From the NCBI GenBank assembly GCA_036154315.1, contig JAYZLL010000035.1:3934-67933 (forward strand): 64,000 nucleotides of DNA, given 5' to 3'. The DNA is from Pseudomonadota bacterium. Lineage in GTDB: Bacteria; Pseudomonadota; Alphaproteobacteria; Rhodobacterales; Rhodobacteraceae. Positions within the stretch are counted from its first letter, which is position 1; each line of letters opens with the position of its first letter. The position numbers and the translations under genes were made by a program. Positions 32,849 through 44,954 of this stretch are shown in pieces. The notes under the pieces were generated by a model, which was not told the DNA's origin, did not search any database, and saw only the letters and a list, made by a program, of their open reading frames with translations.

Positions 32849-33837
32849 TGGTCGCTGCCGCCGCCAAACCTTCCCCGCATATCCCGGTCCTCCTGAGACC
32901 ATTGCTCGAAAACGTCGCGCCGGTGTCGGGCGTCTGGATCGACGGAACTTTCGGGGCGGGGAGCTATGCGCGCGGGCTGGTCGAAGCGGGTGCAGAGACC
33001 GTGATCGGCATCGACCGCGACCCTCTGGCGCACGAAATGGCGGCAGGGTGGCTGGGCGACTTTGACGGGCGCATCCGTCTCGAACGCGGCACCTTTTCGG
33101 ATATGGACGAGATTGCGGGCGACCCGGTCGACGGCGTCGTGCTCGACCTCGGCGTGTCCTCGATGCAGCTCGATCTGGCCGAACGCGGCTTTTCCTTCAT
33201 GCGCGACGGTCCGCTCGACATGCGGATGTCGCAGGACGGCCCCTCGGCCGCCGACCTCGTGAACGGGGCGGCGGAAGAGGAACTGGCGGACATTCTCTAT
33301 CACTATGGCGAGGAACGTGCGGCGCGCCGCATTGCCCGCCAGATCGTCAAGGCGCGCGAGGCTGAGAGCTTTAAGACCACCGCGCAACTCGCAGAAACCG
33401 TTGAGAAATGCCTGCCACGTCCCAAGCCGGGGCAGAGCCACCCGGCGACCCGCAGTTTTCAGGCGATCCGCATCGCGGTGAACGACGAATTCGGTCAACT
33501 GGCCGAAGGGCTGGAGGCCGCCGAGCGCGCATTGAAGCCCGGCGGCAAGCTGGCCGTCGTCACCTTTCACTCGCTCGAAGACCGCGTGGTGAAGCGCTTT
33601 TTGCAACTCGCCGCCTCGACGGGCGGGGGTGGCTCGCGCTACGCGCCCGCCGCTGACGAACACACGCCGCGCTTTGACCTCACGCCGCGCCGCGCCATTG
33701 CGCCGGATGACCAAGAGCTGGCCGAAAACCCCCGCGCGCGCTCGTCGCGCCTGCGCGTCGCGACCCGGACCGACGCGCCCGCCGAGCGCACCGACCGTTC
33801 CAAACTGGGCCTGCCTGCGCCCGCGTTCCGAGGCTGA
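32845..33837 (+). CDS. rsmH: 16S rRNA (cytosine1402-N4)-methyltransferase
   Basis: HIPVLL ... DGTFGAGSY ... [10 protein letters not shown] ... FHSLEDR. The ATGA overlaps the mraZ stop. Confidence 0.95.
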   Translation: MMVAAAAKPSPHIPVLLRPLLENVAPVSGVWIDGTFGAGSYARGLVEAGAETVIGIDRDPLAHEMAAGWLGDFDGRIRLERGTFSDMDEIAGDPVDGVVLDLGVSSMQLDLAERGFSFMRDGPLDMRMSQDGPSAADLVNGAAEEELADILYHYGEERAARRIARQIVKAREAESFKTTAQLAETVEKCLPRPKPGQSHPATRSFQAIRIAVNDEFGQLAEGLEAAERALKPGGKLAVVTFHSLEDRVVKRFLQLAASTGGGGSRYAPAADEHTPRFDLTPRRAIAPDDQELAENPRARSSRLRVATRTDAPAERTDRSKLGLPAPAFRG

Positions 33838-33840
33838 GAC

Positions 33841-34233
33841 ATGATGCGTTCCGCTTTCTACGTCCTTGCCACACTGGCCGTCATGGGTCTGGGCTACTGG
33901 GCCTATGTCGAGAACTACAAGACCCAGCACGCGCTGGATCAGGTCGAGGATCTGCAACGTGAGATCGGCACCATGCGCGAAAAGCTGGTCGTGCTGAAGG
34001 CCGAATGGGCCTATCTCAACCGCCCCGACCGGCTGCGCGATCTTGCCGAGATGAATTACGACCGCCTCGGGCTTCTGCCGCTGGCACCGGAGCAATTCGG
34101 CAAAGTCGACCAGATCGCCTATCCGCAGGAAGAAGACGATCTTCCGTTCCTCGCCTCTGACGACTCCATCGACGTGCAGGGCAATCTGGTGGGCACCATC
34201 GATCCCTCGCCCGAGGGGGAGGATTTCCCATGA
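33841..34233 (+). CDS. ftsL: cell division protein FtsL-like
   Basis: 130 aa, single N-terminal TM (FYVLATLAVMGLGYWAYV) followed by a coiled-coil segment. Conserved position between rsmH and ftsI. Confidence 0.8.
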   Translation: MMRSAFYVLATLAVMGLGYWAYVENYKTQHALDQVEDLQREIGTMREKLVVLKAEWAYLNRPDRLRDLAEMNYDRLGLLPLAPEQFGKVDQIAYPQEEDDLPFLASDDSIDVQGNLVGTIDPSPEGEDFP

Positions 34234-36020
34234 CCCGTGTGCCTCTGCGCCCGCTGGCGCGTATCCTCGAAGCGCGTGAACAGGGTGGCGACCCGGACGC
34301 GATCGAGCGCGAGAACAAGCATCGCCGTCACGAAGAGATGCGCGACCGGGCCCGTCTGCGGGCCGAAGGGCGGCTGTTGGTTCTGGCCGCCATGTTCTTT
34401 TGTGCCTTCGTGACCGTGGGCGTGCGCATGGGGATGATGTCATCCTCGGTGCCGTCCGAGCCGCGCGCCTATGCGCCCGGTGCCCAGATTTCCCAGACCC
34501 GTGCCGATATCGTCGACCGGCAGGGCAGGCTGATGGCCACGAACTTTGTCACCCACGCGCTTTATGCCGAGCCCCCCAACATGGTGGACCCGAAATACGC
34601 GGCGGCGGAGTTGGCCAAGATCTTCCCCGATCTCGAAGAAGACAAGCTGCTCGCCCAGTTCACCGGCACCCGCAAGTTCCTGTGGATCAAGCCGCAGATC
34701 AGCCCGGAGCAGAAGCAGGCGGTGCATGATATCGGCGAGCCGGGGCTGCTGTTCGGTCCGCGCGAGATGCGGCTTTACCCCAATGGCCCCGTCGCGGCCC
34801 ATATCATGGGCGGCGCGCGATACGGCGAACAGGCGGTGCAGGCGGCGGAACTCATCGGCGTCGCAGGCATCGAAAGCGCGTTCAACGAACGTCTGTCCGA
34901 CCCGGCACGCGCGGGCGATCCGTTGATGCTGACCATCGACCTGACCATTCAGGCGGCGGTGGAACGCGTACTGGCAGGCGGCATGACCGTGATGAACGCC
35001 AAGGGGGCTGCGGCGATCCTGATGGATGTTCATACGGGCGAGGTCGTCTCGCTCGCCTCACTCCCCGATTTCGACCCGAACGACCGGCCCAGCCCGCTCA
35101 CCACCGGGTTCGATCCGTCGGAAAGCCCGCTGTTCAACCGGGCGGTGCAGGGCGTTTATGAACTGGGGTCCACCTTCAAGATCTTCGCCTCGGCGCAAGC
35201 GCTCGAAATGGGGATCGTGAACCCCGACACCATGATCGACACCCGTGGTCCGATCCGCTGGGGCAAGCATCGGATCAACGATTTCCACGACTACGGCGCG
35301 CAGCTTTCCGTGACCGACATCATCGTGCGCAGTTCGAACATCGGGACCGCGCGGCTCGCCCAGCAGATCGGGGCGGCCAACCAGCGCGCATTCCTCGACC
35401 AGCTTGGGTTCACCAAACCGACGGCGATCCAGCTGACCGAAGCCTCCGGGGCCAAGCCGCTCCTCCCGTCGAACTGGTCGGAACTGTCGACCATGACGAT
35501 CTCCTACGGTCACGGCATGTCGGCTTCGCCGTTGCATCTTGCGACCGCCTATGCCTCGCTCCTCAATGGCGGCACCCGCGTCACGCCGACACTCGTGCGC
35601 ACCGGGCCGGTCGCGCCGGGGCCGCGTGTGGTGAGCGAGCGCACCTCGGCCATCTCGCGCGACATGCTGCGTCAGGTGGTGTCCGCCGATCACGGCACCG
35701 CGTCCTTTGCCGAGGTCGAGGGCTACCGTGTGGGCGGCAAGACCGGCACCGCCGACAAGCCCAAGCCGCGCGGCGGGTATTACGACGACAAGGTCATCGC
35801 GACCTTTGCCAGCGTCTTTCCGGCGGACGACCCGAAATACGTGCTGATCGTCACGCTGGACGAGCCGGTCGTGACCATCCTGAACGAAGCGCGCCGCACC
35901 GCCGGTTTCACCGCCGTCCCGGTCGCCGCCGAGATCATTCGCCGGGTCGCGCCGCTTCTGGGTCTGAAGCCCGAGATTGAACAGCCGGGGCCGTTGGGTG
36001 TAACACTCACCTCGAACTGA
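34230..36020 (+). CDS. ftsI: peptidoglycan D,D-transpeptidase FtsI (PBP3)
   Basis: SxxK (GSTFK), SxN (SSN), KTGT (GGKTGTA). Overlaps the ftsL stop. Confidence 0.93.
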   Translation: MTRVPLRPLARILEAREQGGDPDAIERENKHRRHEEMRDRARLRAEGRLLVLAAMFFCAFVTVGVRMGMMSSSVPSEPRAYAPGAQISQTRADIVDRQGRLMATNFVTHALYAEPPNMVDPKYAAAELAKIFPDLEEDKLLAQFTGTRKFLWIKPQISPEQKQAVHDIGEPGLLFGPREMRLYPNGPVAAHIMGGARYGEQAVQAAELIGVAGIESAFNERLSDPARAGDPLMLTIDLTIQAAVERVLAGGMTVMNAKGAAAILMDVHTGEVVSLASLPDFDPNDRPSPLTTGFDPSESPLFNRAVQGVYELGSTFKIFASAQALEMGIVNPDTMIDTRGPIRWGKHRINDFHDYGAQLSVTDIIVRSSNIGTARLAQQIGAANQRAFLDQLGFTKPTAIQLTEASGAKPLLPSNWSELSTMTISYGHGMSASPLHLATAYASLLNGGTRVTPTLVRTGPVAPGPRVVSERTSAISRDMLRQVVSADHGTASFAEVEGYRVGGKTGTADKPKPRGGYYDDKVIATFASVFPADDPKYVLIVTLDEPVVTILNEARRTAGFTAVPVAAEIIRRVAPLLGLKPEIEQPGPLGVTLTSN

Positions 36021-36039
36021 CGCCGCATCCGGGGGGACT

Positions 36040-37527
36040 ATGGCACCGCAGAAAACGCTACCACTCTCCGCACTCGGCCTACGGGCGAAGGGTGGGCATG
36101 ACGTTGAAATCACAGGGCTTTCGGTCGACAGCCGGCAAGTGAAGCCGGGGCATCTGTTCGCGGCCCTGCCGGGGTCCAAGGTCCACGGTGGCGAATTCAT
36201 CCAATATGCGCTGCGGATGGAGGCCGGTGCGATCCTCACCGACCGCGAAGGCGCGCGGATTGCCGCCGACGAACTCGCCGCCTCGGAAGCCGCCCTCATC
36301 GTGACCGAAGACCCGCGCGCGGCGCTGTCCTTTGCCGCAGCTCTCTGGTTCGGCGCGCAGCCCGAGGTGATGGTCGCCGTCACCGGCACCAACGGCAAAA
36401 CCTCGGTCGCGAGCTTCACGCGCCAGATCTGGACCGAACTTGGCCTCATGGCCGCGAACATCGGCACCACCGGGGTCGAAGGTGCGTTTTCCGCGCCATC
36501 GCCGCACACGACGCCCGAGCCGATCACGCTGCATCGCCTGCTGGCCGAAATGTCCGGTGCCGGTGTGACCCATGCGGCGATGGAAGCATCGTCCCACGGG
36601 CTCGACCAACGCCGCCTGGAAGGCGTGCATCTGGCCGCCGCCGGGTTCACGAACTTCACGCAGGATCACCTCGACTACCACGAGACGTTCGAAGACTACT
36701 TCTGCGCCAAGGCCCGGCTTTTCAACCGCGTGCTGCCCGATGACGGGGTCGCGGTGCTGAACGTGGACGATCCGCGCGGGCGCGAGTTGGAAGAGATCGC
36801 GCTGGAGCGGGGGCAGGAGGTCATCTCGATCGGGCGGACCGAGGACTGCACCCTGCAACTGACTTCGCAGCGCTATCACACCACCGGCCAGCAGATCAGG
36901 TTCCTCTACAACGGGCGGCCGCAGACCGTGCAGCTTGACCTCATCGGCGGGTTTCAGGCGGAAAACGTGCTCGTCGCCGCCGGGCTCGCCATCGGGTCGG
37001 GCAGCGACCCGGATGAGGTCTTCGCGACATTCCCGTCGCTCACCACGGTCAGGGGGCGGATGCAACTGGCCGCCAAGCGCGTTAACGGTGCGGCGATCTT
37101 CGTCGACTACGCCCATACTCCAGATGCGCTCTCCACCGCGCTCGAGGCGCTGCGCCCGCATGTGATGGGCAAGCTCGTCGTGGTGTTCGGCGCGGGCGGC
37201 GACCGGGATACGACCAAACGCAAGCTGATGGGCAAGGCGGCGGCGGATTATGCCGACGTGGTCATCGTGACCGACGACAACCCGCGCACCGAAAACCCCG
37301 CAAAGATCCGCGCGATGGTGCTTGAGGGTTGTCCCGACGCCAACGAATACGGCGACCGGGCCGAGGCGATCCTGCGTGGCGTCGATATGCTCGACCCCGG
37401 TGACGCGCTGCTCATCGCGGGCAAGGGGCACGAGACCGGGCAGATCGTGGGTGACGACGTGCTGCCCTTCGACGACGCCGAACAGGCGAGCGTGGCCGTG
37501 GCCGCACTGGAAGGACGCCTCGCATGA
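36040..37527 (+). CDS. murE: UDP-N-acetylmuramoyl-L-alanyl-D-glutamate--2,6-diaminopimelate ligase
   Basis: VTGTNGKTS P-loop and the DNPR motif (TDDNPRTENP) specific for meso-DAP-adding MurE. Confidence 0.94.
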   Translation: MAPQKTLPLSALGLRAKGGHDVEITGLSVDSRQVKPGHLFAALPGSKVHGGEFIQYALRMEAGAILTDREGARIAADELAASEAALIVTEDPRAALSFAAALWFGAQPEVMVAVTGTNGKTSVASFTRQIWTELGLMAANIGTTGVEGAFSAPSPHTTPEPITLHRLLAEMSGAGVTHAAMEASSHGLDQRRLEGVHLAAAGFTNFTQDHLDYHETFEDYFCAKARLFNRVLPDDGVAVLNVDDPRGRELEEIALERGQEVISIGRTEDCTLQLTSQRYHTTGQQIRFLYNGRPQTVQLDLIGGFQAENVLVAAGLAIGSGSDPDEVFATFPSLTTVRGRMQLAAKRVNGAAIFVDYAHTPDALSTALEALRPHVMGKLVVVFGAGGDRDTTKRKLMGKAAADYADVVIVTDDNPRTENPAKIRAMVLEGCPDANEYGDRAEAILRGVDMLDPGDALLIAGKGHETGQIVGDDVLPFDDAEQASVAVAALEGRLA

Positions 37528-38948
37528 CCCTGTGGACCGCCGCCGAGGCGGCAGCCGCCACCGGGGGCAATGCGACCAGTGACTGGACCGTGTCCGGCGT
37601 GTCCATCGACACCCGCACCTTGCAGCCCGGCGATCTGTTCGTGGCACTTACGGATGTGCGCGATGGCCATGACTTCGTGAAAGACGCGCTCGCCAAAGGG
37701 GCAGGGGCCGCAATGGTCTCACGCCTCCCCGAAGGCGTGCGCAAGACCGATCCGCTCCTCGTCGTGGACGACGTGCTGCCCGCGCTCGAAAGGTTGGGCG
37801 TGGCGGGGCGTGCACGCACGCAGGCGCGAGTGGTCGCGATCACCGGGTCGGTCGGCAAAACCTCGACCAAGGAGATGATGGCGACGGTTCTCGACCGTCA
37901 GGCGCGCTGTCACGCCGCCGAAGCGAGTTACAACAACCATTGGGGCGTGCCGCTGACGCTGGCGCGCATGCCGCGCGAGACGGATTTCGCGGTGATCGAG
38001 ATCGGGATGAACCATCCGGGCGAGATCGCGCCGCTCACACGGCTCGCCCGCCCCCATGTCGCAGTCATCACCACCGTTGCCGCCGTGCATCTGGAAGCTT
38101 TCGACGATGTCGCGGGCATTGCACGGGAGAAGGCCGCGATCTTTGAGGGGTTGGAACCTGCGGGCGTCGCGATCCTGCCCGGTGAGATCGACACGACGAC
38201 GATCCTGCTGGCCGAGGCCGACAAACGCGCGGGCCGCGTGGAAACCTTCGGGCTGGGCGAGGCGAACACGCTGCGGCTGAGCCATCTCGACCTCACCGAC
38301 ACATCCACGGTGGCGCAAATCGAAGTGGGGGAGGTGACGCATCTCGTCCGTCTCGCCACGCCCGGTCGGCATTTCGCGATGAACGCGGTCGCCGTGTTGG
38401 GGGCCGTGCGCGCGCTCGGCGGTGATGTGACGCTGGCCGCGCGGGATCTGACATTCTGGGCCCCGCCCGCAGGTCGCGGCACGCGGGAGTTCATTCAACT
38501 CGACCCCGTCGAGCACGAAGGCGTGACGCTGATCGACGATGCCTTCAACGCGAACCCGACCTCGATGGCCGCCGCGCTCGAAGTGCTGGCGGCCACGACG
38601 CCGAACCACGGACACGGACGGATTTCGCGCGGCCGACGGATCGCTGTGCTGGGTGATATGCTGGAACTCGGGCCCGAGGAAGAGGCGCTGCACGAAGGTC
38701 TCGCCACGCTGTCCCATCTGGATGCCGTCGATCAGGTGCATTGCGCCGGGCCGTTGATGCGCCACCTCTGGGCCGCGCTTCCGGCGCAGAAACAGGGCCG
38801 ATGGGCCGAGACGGCGGACGAACTGGCCGCACAGGCGCACAACATCATAGACGCTGGCGATGTTCTGCTGGTGAAGGGCTCCAAGGGCAGCCGCGTGTCG
38901 CGCGTGGTTGACGCGGTCCGAAAACTGGGCCATCCGCAGAGCGCTTAG
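37524..38948 (+). CDS. murF: UDP-N-acetylmuramoyl-tripeptide--D-alanyl-D-alanine ligase
   Basis: ITGSVGKTSTKE P-loop. Overlaps the murE stop. Confidence 0.93.
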   Translation: MTLWTAAEAAAATGGNATSDWTVSGVSIDTRTLQPGDLFVALTDVRDGHDFVKDALAKGAGAAMVSRLPEGVRKTDPLLVVDDVLPALERLGVAGRARTQARVVAITGSVGKTSTKEMMATVLDRQARCHAAEASYNNHWGVPLTLARMPRETDFAVIEIGMNHPGEIAPLTRLARPHVAVITTVAAVHLEAFDDVAGIAREKAAIFEGLEPAGVAILPGEIDTTTILLAEADKRAGRVETFGLGEANTLRLSHLDLTDTSTVAQIEVGEVTHLVRLATPGRHFAMNAVAVLGAVRALGGDVTLAARDLTFWAPPAGRGTREFIQLDPVEHEGVTLIDDAFNANPTSMAAALEVLAATTPNHGHGRISRGRRIAVLGDMLELGPEEEALHEGLATLSHLDAVDQVHCAGPLMRHLWAALPAQKQGRWAETADELAAQAHNIIDAGDVLLVKGSKGSRVSRVVDAVRKLGHPQSA

Positions 38949-38966
38949 GAATAAGGGACGCGAAAG

Positions 38967-40055
38967 ATGCTTTACTGGTTGGCCGAACTGTCGGACGGCG
39001 GCGACTTCTTCAACCTGTTTCGCTACATCACCTTCCGCGCCGGTGCGGCGTTCTTTACGGCGCTGATCTTCGGCTTCCTCTTCGGACGGCCGCTGATCAA
39101 CCTGTTGAAACGGCGTCAGAAAAACGGACAACCAATCCGTGCGGACGGGCCTGAGAGCCATGTGGTGACCAAGGCCGGTACACCGACGATGGGCGGCGCG
39201 CTGATCCTCGGTGCGATCACCGTCTCGACGCTTCTGTGGGCGCGGCTCGACAACGGCTTTGTCCTAGTCGTGCTGGGCGTGACGCTGAGTTACGGGCTGA
39301 TCGGATTCGCCGACGACTATTCCAAGATCGCCAAGAACGACAACTATTCCGGTCTGTCGGGCAGGCTTCGGCTGACGCTCGAGGGGATCATCGCGGTCGC
39401 GGCGTCCTATGTCATCATGACGCTGCATCCGGCCGACCTGACCGGCCAGCTTGCCTTCCCGGTGTTCAAGGATCTGCTGCTGAACCTCGGCTTGTTCTTC
39501 GTGCCATTCGCGGCCTTCGTCATGGTCGGGGCGGCCAATGCGGTGAACCTGACCGACGGGCTGGACGGTCTGGCCATCATGCCGGTGATGATCGCGGCGG
39601 GTACGCTGGGCGCCATCGCTTATGCGGTCGGCCGTGTCGACTTCACCGAATACCTCGACGTTCACTACGTGCCGGGCACCGGGGAGCTGTTGGTCTTTGC
39701 CGCCGGGCTGATCGGCGGTGGCCTTGGGTTCCTGTGGTACAACGCCCCGCCCGCCGCCGTATTCATGGGCGACACCGGGTCGCTCGCGCTCGGCGGCGCG
39801 CTGGGTGCCATCGCCGTGTCGATGAAGCACGAGCTGGTGTTGGGCATCGTCGGCGGTCTCTTCGTGGTCGAGGCGCTGTCGGTCATCATTCAGGTGCTCT
39901 ACTTCAAACGCACCGGCAAACGCGTGTTCCTGATGGCGCCGATCCACCACCATTTCGAGAAACGCGGCTGGGCCGAACCTCAGATCGTGATCCGGTTCTG
40001 GATCATCTCGCTGATCCTCGCGCTCGTGGGTCTGGCGACGCTGAAACTGCGTTAA
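38967..40055 (+). CDS. mraY: phospho-N-acetylmuramoyl-pentapeptide transferase
   Basis: [29 protein letters not shown]. Confidence 0.95.
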   Translation: MLYWLAELSDGGDFFNLFRYITFRAGAAFFTALIFGFLFGRPLINLLKRRQKNGQPIRADGPESHVVTKAGTPTMGGALILGAITVSTLLWARLDNGFVLVVLGVTLSYGLIGFADDYSKIAKNDNYSGLSGRLRLTLEGIIAVAASYVIMTLHPADLTGQLAFPVFKDLLLNLGLFFVPFAAFVMVGAANAVNLTDGLDGLAIMPVMIAAGTLGAIAYAVGRVDFTEYLDVHYVPGTGELLVFAAGLIGGGLGFLWYNAPPAAVFMGDTGSLALGGALGAIAVSMKHELVLGIVGGLFVVEALSVIIQVLYFKRTGKRVFLMAPIHHHFEKRGWAEPQIVIRFWIISLILALVGLATLKLR

Positions 40056-40198
40056 GACACGAGGCGCAGTGCCGGGGCGTTCCGGCTCTGCCGCGCCCCG
40101 GTGTGCATCCCGCATTCCGTAGCGACGGGCTGTGCATCTCGGCCTATGGTCAATCCCTGCGCCGGGCGATACCACTCTGAGTAAAGTGAGGTGCTCGC

Positions 40199-41599
40199 AT
40201 GATCCCGGTTCGCGGATACGAAGGTGAAAAGGTCGCCGTTCTCGGCCTTGGCCGCTCGGGCCTCGCCACGGCGCGCGCGCTGGAGGCGGGCGGGGCCACG
40301 GCGCTGTGCTGGGATGATGGGGCAGAGGCGCGGGCGCGGGCCGAAGAGGCGGGGCTGACGCTCCACGATCTGACCCGGCGCGAGGCGTTCGAGGGCGTTG
40401 CGGCGCTCATCACCAGCCCCGGCATTCCGCATCTTTACCCTGAGACCAACAAGCACATCGCGCGGGCCTACAAGGCGGGCATCCCGGTCGACAACGACAT
40501 CGGGCTGTTCTTTCGCTCGCTCGGCTCCGGCGAATGGGATGAGATGGACCAGCCGCCGCGTGTGGTCGCGGTGACCGGGTCGAACGGGAAATCCACGACC
40601 TCGGCGCTTATCCATCACATCCTCGAAGTGGCCGGGAAGCCCACGCAGCTTGCCGGCAACATCGGTCGGGGCGTGTTGGATATAGAGCCGCCGATCGACG
40701 GCGAGGTGATCGTGCTTGAGCTTTCGAGCTACCAGACCGATCTGGCCCGCGCGCTGACGCCCGACGTGGCCGTGTTCACCAACCTGTCGCCCGATCACCT
40801 CGACCGTCACGGCGGTCTCGGCGGGTATTTCGCGGCCAAACGTCGGCTCTTTGCCGAAGGCGGGCCGGACCGGGCGGTGATCGGTGTGGACGAACCCGAG
40901 GGCCTGTTCCTTGCCGGACAGATGCAGATGGGGCCGGGCGACGACCGGGTGATCCGTGTGTCGGTGGACGAGAAACTCACCGGGCCGGGCTGGCTGGTCT
41001 ATGCGCGTAAAGGGTTTCTGTCCGAGACACGCAAGGGGCGGCAGGTCGGCTCCATCGACTTACGGGACGTGGCGAGCCTGCCGGGCACGCACAATCATCA
41101 GAACGCCTGCTGCGCCTATGCGGTCTGCCGCACGCTGGGGCTGTCGCCCAAGGTCATCGAACAGGCGTTCCAATCCTTCGCGGGTCTGCCGCACCGGTCG
41201 CAACTGGTCGCCGAGGCGGGCGGGGTGCGGTACGTGAACGACTCCAAGGCCACGAACGTGGATGCGGCCCTCATGGCGCTGCTGGCCTTCAAGAACATCC
41301 GGTGGATCGTCGGCGGGTTGCAGAAAGAGGGCGGGCTTGCCGGGCTTGCCGAGGGTCTGCCCAACGTGACCAAGGCCTATGTCATCGGGCGCGAGGCCGA
41401 GGCGTTTGCCCGCGACCTCGGCGATGTCGAGGCGCAGGTCTGTACGACGATGGAGGCCGCGATTGCGGCGGCGATGGCGGAGGCGCAGCCGGGCGACACC
41501 GTGCTCCTCGCCCCGGCTGCGGCGAGTTTCGACCAGTACGACAGTTTCGAGAAAAGGGGCGAAGACTTCATCGCCCGTCTGAAGGCCGCACTTGACTGA
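40199..41599 (+). CDS. murD: UDP-N-acetylmuramoylalanine--D-glutamate ligase
   Basis: VLGLGRSG Rossmann start and [11 protein letters not shown]-loop. Confidence 0.93.
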   Translation: MIPVRGYEGEKVAVLGLGRSGLATARALEAGGATALCWDDGAEARARAEEAGLTLHDLTRREAFEGVAALITSPGIPHLYPETNKHIARAYKAGIPVDNDIGLFFRSLGSGEWDEMDQPPRVVAVTGSNGKSTTSALIHHILEVAGKPTQLAGNIGRGVLDIEPPIDGEVIVLELSSYQTDLARALTPDVAVFTNLSPDHLDRHGGLGGYFAAKRRLFAEGGPDRAVIGVDEPEGLFLAGQMQMGPGDDRVIRVSVDEKLTGPGWLVYARKGFLSETRKGRQVGSIDLRDVASLPGTHNHQNACCAYAVCRTLGLSPKVIEQAFQSFAGLPHRSQLVAEAGGVRYVNDSKATNVDAALMALLAFKNIRWIVGGLQKEGGLAGLAEGLPNVTKAYVIGREAEAFARDLGDVEAQVCTTMEAAIAAAMAEAQPGDTVLLAPAAASFDQYDSFEKRGEDFIARLKAALD

Positions 41600-42524
41600 C
41601 CAACCGCAAAGACTGGGTGTCGGGATCGCGCTCAAGATCGGGGCCGTCCTGTGTTTCACGGCGATGGGCGCGCTTATCAAAGGCACCGAAGGTCGCGTGC
41701 CGACCGGCGAAGTCGTGTTCTTCCGCTCATTTTTCGCGGTGCCCATCCTGATCGGTTGGCTCGCCTATATCGGGCAGTTGTCCGAAGGTGTGCGCACCTC
41801 GCGACCCCTTGGCCACATGTGGCGTGGGTTCATCGGGACGACCGCGATGGGTCTGTTGTTCGTCTCGCTCACGCTCCTGCCGCTGCCCGAGGTGACGGCG
41901 CTGCAATACGCGACGCCCTTGTTCATCACGATCCTCGCGGCGATCCTGCTGGGCGAGCGCATCCGGCTGTTTCGCATCTCGGCGGTTCTGATCGGGCTCG
42001 TCGGTGTGCTCGTTGTGCTCTTTCCGCGCCTCAGCGGTCTGGGCGACGCAGGCCAGACCGAAGCCATCGGCGCGCTCATCATGATGGTCTCGGCGCTGGC
42101 CGCCGCGCTGGCGCAGGTGCAGGTGCGCAAGCTCGTCGCGACCGAACGCCCGGCGACCGTCGCGCTCTATTTCTCGTTCTCCTCTACCTTTTACGCGCTC
42201 CTGACGCTCCCTTTCGGTTGGGTGCTGCCGAGCCTGACCGACACCCTTCTGCTCGTCGTCTGCGGGCTGATCGGCGGGGTCGGGCAGGGAATGCTCTCGA
42301 CCGCGTACCGATACGCGCCTGCCGGTGTGCTCGCCCCGTTCGACTATGTGTCGATGTTCTTCGCCACGGCGCTCGGCATGATGTTCTTTGACGAAGTGCC
42401 GACCAGCACGACGCTCTTGGGTGCCGCTATCGTGATCGCGGCCGGGATCCTCATCATCTACCGCGAACGCCAACTGGGCATGAACCGCGATGCCTCAAAG
42501 CGTGTAAAACAGCCGCCATATTGA
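41592..42524 (+). CDS. DMT-superfamily (EamA-type) transporter inserted between murD and ftsW
   Basis: 310 aa, ten hydrophobic segments in two EamA-like halves. TTG start overlaps the murD stop; the start codon is uncertain. Confidence 0.75.
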   Translation: MTDQPQRLGVGIALKIGAVLCFTAMGALIKGTEGRVPTGEVVFFRSFFAVPILIGWLAYIGQLSEGVRTSRPLGHMWRGFIGTTAMGLLFVSLTLLPLPEVTALQYATPLFITILAAILLGERIRLFRISAVLIGLVGVLVVLFPRLSGLGDAGQTEAIGALIMMVSALAAALAQVQVRKLVATERPATVALYFSFSSTFYALLTLPFGWVLPSLTDTLLLVVCGLIGGVGQGMLSTAYRYAPAGVLAPFDYVSMFFATALGMMFFDEVPTSTTLLGAAIVIAAGILIIYRERQLGMNRDASKRVKQPPY

Positions 42525-42629
42525 CCGCTCGGGCAGGCGCGCCAGACCTATGCAGCGCGCCCGTTTCGCGCTAAGCTGTTCGCAGACCCGGAAAACCGGG
42601 CATCTTGAGGCAGTTTCAGGCGGTATCTC

Positions 42630-43799
42630 ATGACCGAAATGGTTTATGGCGTCGCTCCGCGTCAGGTGAAGGACCCGATCCTTCCCCGTTGGTGGCGTAC
42701 GATCGACAAATGGTCGGTCTCCTGCATCCTTTTGCTTTTCGCGATCGGTATCCTGCTGGGGCTCGCAGCCTCGCCACCGCTCGCGCAGCGCAACGGGCTC
42801 GACCCGTTCTATTACGTCGAGCGACAGCTGATGTTCGGCTTCCTCGCCTTCATCGCCATGTTCTCAATGACGATGATGTCGCCGCAGATGGTCCGACGTC
42901 TTGGCGTGCTGGGCTTTCTCGCGGCCTTCGTGGCCATCGTCGCGCTGCCGTTCCTCGGCACCGACTTCGGCAAGGGCGCCGTGCGCTGGTATTCGCTGGG
43001 CTTCGCCTCGTTCCAGCCATCGGAGTTCATGAAGCCGGTTTACGTGGTGGTCATCGCGTGGCTCATGTCGGCCAGTCAGGAAATTCAGGGCCCGCCGGGC
43101 AAAACCATGTCGCTGGTGCTCACGCTCATCATCGTGGGGTTCCTCGCCATGCAGCCGGATTTCGGCCAGTCGGCGCTGATCCTGTTTGGCTGGGGCGTGA
43201 TGTATTTCCTCGCAGGCGCGCCCTATATCCTGATCGTCGGCGCCGCGGCGCTGGTGGTGGCGTCCGGCTTTATCTTCTACGAGAACTCCGAGCACTTTGC
43301 GCGCCGGATCGACGGGTTCCTCAACCCTGAGGTCGATCCGACCACGCAGCTGGGCTATGCGACCAACGCGATCCGCGAGGGCGGGTTCTTCGGTGTCGGT
43401 GTGGGCGAGGGGCAGGTGAAATGGTCGCTCCCCGATGCGCATACCGATTTCATCATCGCTGTCGCGGCCGAGGAATACGGCCTCGTGCTCGTCATGCTCA
43501 TCATCGCGCTTTACGCCACCGTCGTGGTGCGCTCGTTCCTGCGGCTCATCAACGAACGCGACCCGTTCATTCGGCTGGCGGGCACCGGTCTCGCGGCCAT
43601 GTTCGGCGTTCAGGCGCTCATTAACATGGGTGTGGCCGTGCGCCTCTTGCCCGCCAAGGGCATGACGCTACCTTTCGTCAGCTACGGGGGCTCGTCGCTT
43701 ATCGCGACCGGGATCGCCGCCGGGATGCTGATCGCATTCACGCGGACCCGGCCCCAGGGCAAGATCGAGGACTTCCTCAGGCAAAGAGGCCACGGATGA
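42630..43799 (+). CDS. ftsW: peptidoglycan glycosyltransferase FtsW (SEDS family)
   Basis: 389 aa. [28 protein letters not shown]. Confidence 0.93.
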   Translation: MTEMVYGVAPRQVKDPILPRWWRTIDKWSVSCILLLFAIGILLGLAASPPLAQRNGLDPFYYVERQLMFGFLAFIAMFSMTMMSPQMVRRLGVLGFLAAFVAIVALPFLGTDFGKGAVRWYSLGFASFQPSEFMKPVYVVVIAWLMSASQEIQGPPGKTMSLVLTLIIVGFLAMQPDFGQSALILFGWGVMYFLAGAPYILIVGAAALVVASGFIFYENSEHFARRIDGFLNPEVDPTTQLGYATNAIREGGFFGVGVGEGQVKWSLPDAHTDFIIAVAAEEYGLVLVMLIIALYATVVVRSFLRLINERDPFIRLAGTGLAAMFGVQALINMGVAVRLLPAKGMTLPFVSYGGSSLIATGIAAGMLIAFTRTRPQGKIEDFLRQRGHG

Positions 43800-44920
43800 C
43801 GGACAAGACACCGCTGCTTGTGATCGCAGCGGGCGGGACGGGCGGACACATGTTCCCAGCGCAGGCACTGGCAGAGACCATGCTGGCGCGCGGGTGGCGT
43901 GTGAAACTTTCAACCGATGCACGGGGCGCGCGTTACGCGGGCGGTTTCCCCGATGCGGTCATGATCGAAGAGCGGGCTTCGGCCACATTTGCGCGTGGTG
44001 GGCCACTGGCGAAGCTCGCCGTGCCGTTCCGCGTCGCAGGTGGCATTCTGGGCGCTTTGGTACGTACGCTTACGGATCGGCCCGATGTGGTCGTCGGTTT
44101 CGGCGGATACCCCAGTATTCCTGCACTGACGGCTGCGACGGTTCTGCGCGTGCCGCGTATGATCCACGAGCAGAATGGCGTTATGGGCAAGGTCAATTCG
44201 ATCTTCTCGAAACGTGTGAACGTGCTCGCCTGCGGCACCTGGCCCACGCGCCCGATCCCCGAAGGCGTCGAAGCGGTGCACGTCGGCAACCCGGTGCGCG
44301 GAGCGGTGCTCGAACGCGCGGGCGCGGGTTACATTCCGCCCGGCGATTACCCCATGTCGGTGCTCGTCATTGGCGGATCGCAGGGCGCGCGCGCACTGTC
44401 GGACAACGTGCCGGCCGCTCTGGCCGCGCTCCCCGATCATATCCGCGAACAGCTCTCCGTCTCGCATCAGGCGCGGGACGAGGATGAGGCACGGGTGCGT
44501 GACTTCTACGCAGCACAAGGCATTCGTGCGGATGTGCAGCCGTTCTTTGCCGACGTGCCGCGCCGGATCGCTGAAAGCCAGATGGTCATCAGCCGGTCGG
44601 GCGCCTCATCCGTAGCCGATATTTCGGTCATCGGGCGTCCGGCGATCCTGATCCCCTATCCCTTCGCCACGGGCGATCACCAGACCGCCAACGCGCAGGG
44701 TCTGGTCGATGCGGGCGGGGCGATCCGCATACCCGAGAGCAAGCTGGAACCCGCCATGCTGTCGGAGCAAATCGCGAGCGTGCTGGACAATCCCGAGGCC
44801 GCCATGCAGATGGCGCGGGCAAGTCTGAGCACCGGAAAGCCTGAAGCTGCGGAAAGTCTTGCATGGCTGGTCGAGAGGCTGGCGGACGGACAAGGGGCCG
44901 GGGCAGGACAAGCGGCCTGA
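43796..44920 (+). CDS. murG: undecaprenyldiphospho-muramoylpentapeptide beta-N-acetylglucosaminyltransferase
   Basis: [27 protein letters not shown]. Overlaps the ftsW stop. Confidence 0.94.
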   Translation: MTDKTPLLVIAAGGTGGHMFPAQALAETMLARGWRVKLSTDARGARYAGGFPDAVMIEERASATFARGGPLAKLAVPFRVAGGILGALVRTLTDRPDVVVGFGGYPSIPALTAATVLRVPRMIHEQNGVMGKVNSIFSKRVNVLACGTWPTRPIPEGVEAVHVGNPVRGAVLERAGAGYIPPGDYPMSVLVIGGSQGARALSDNVPAALAALPDHIREQLSVSHQARDEDEARVRDFYAAQGIRADVQPFFADVPRRIAESQMVISRSGASSVADISVIGRPAILIPYPFATGDHQTANAQGLVDAGGAIRIPESKLEPAMLSEQIASVLDNPEAAMQMARASLSTGKPEAAESLAWLVERLADGQGAGAGQAA

Positions 44921-44954
44921 GGCCGGGCCTAGAACGATAAGAAAGGGACAGGCG

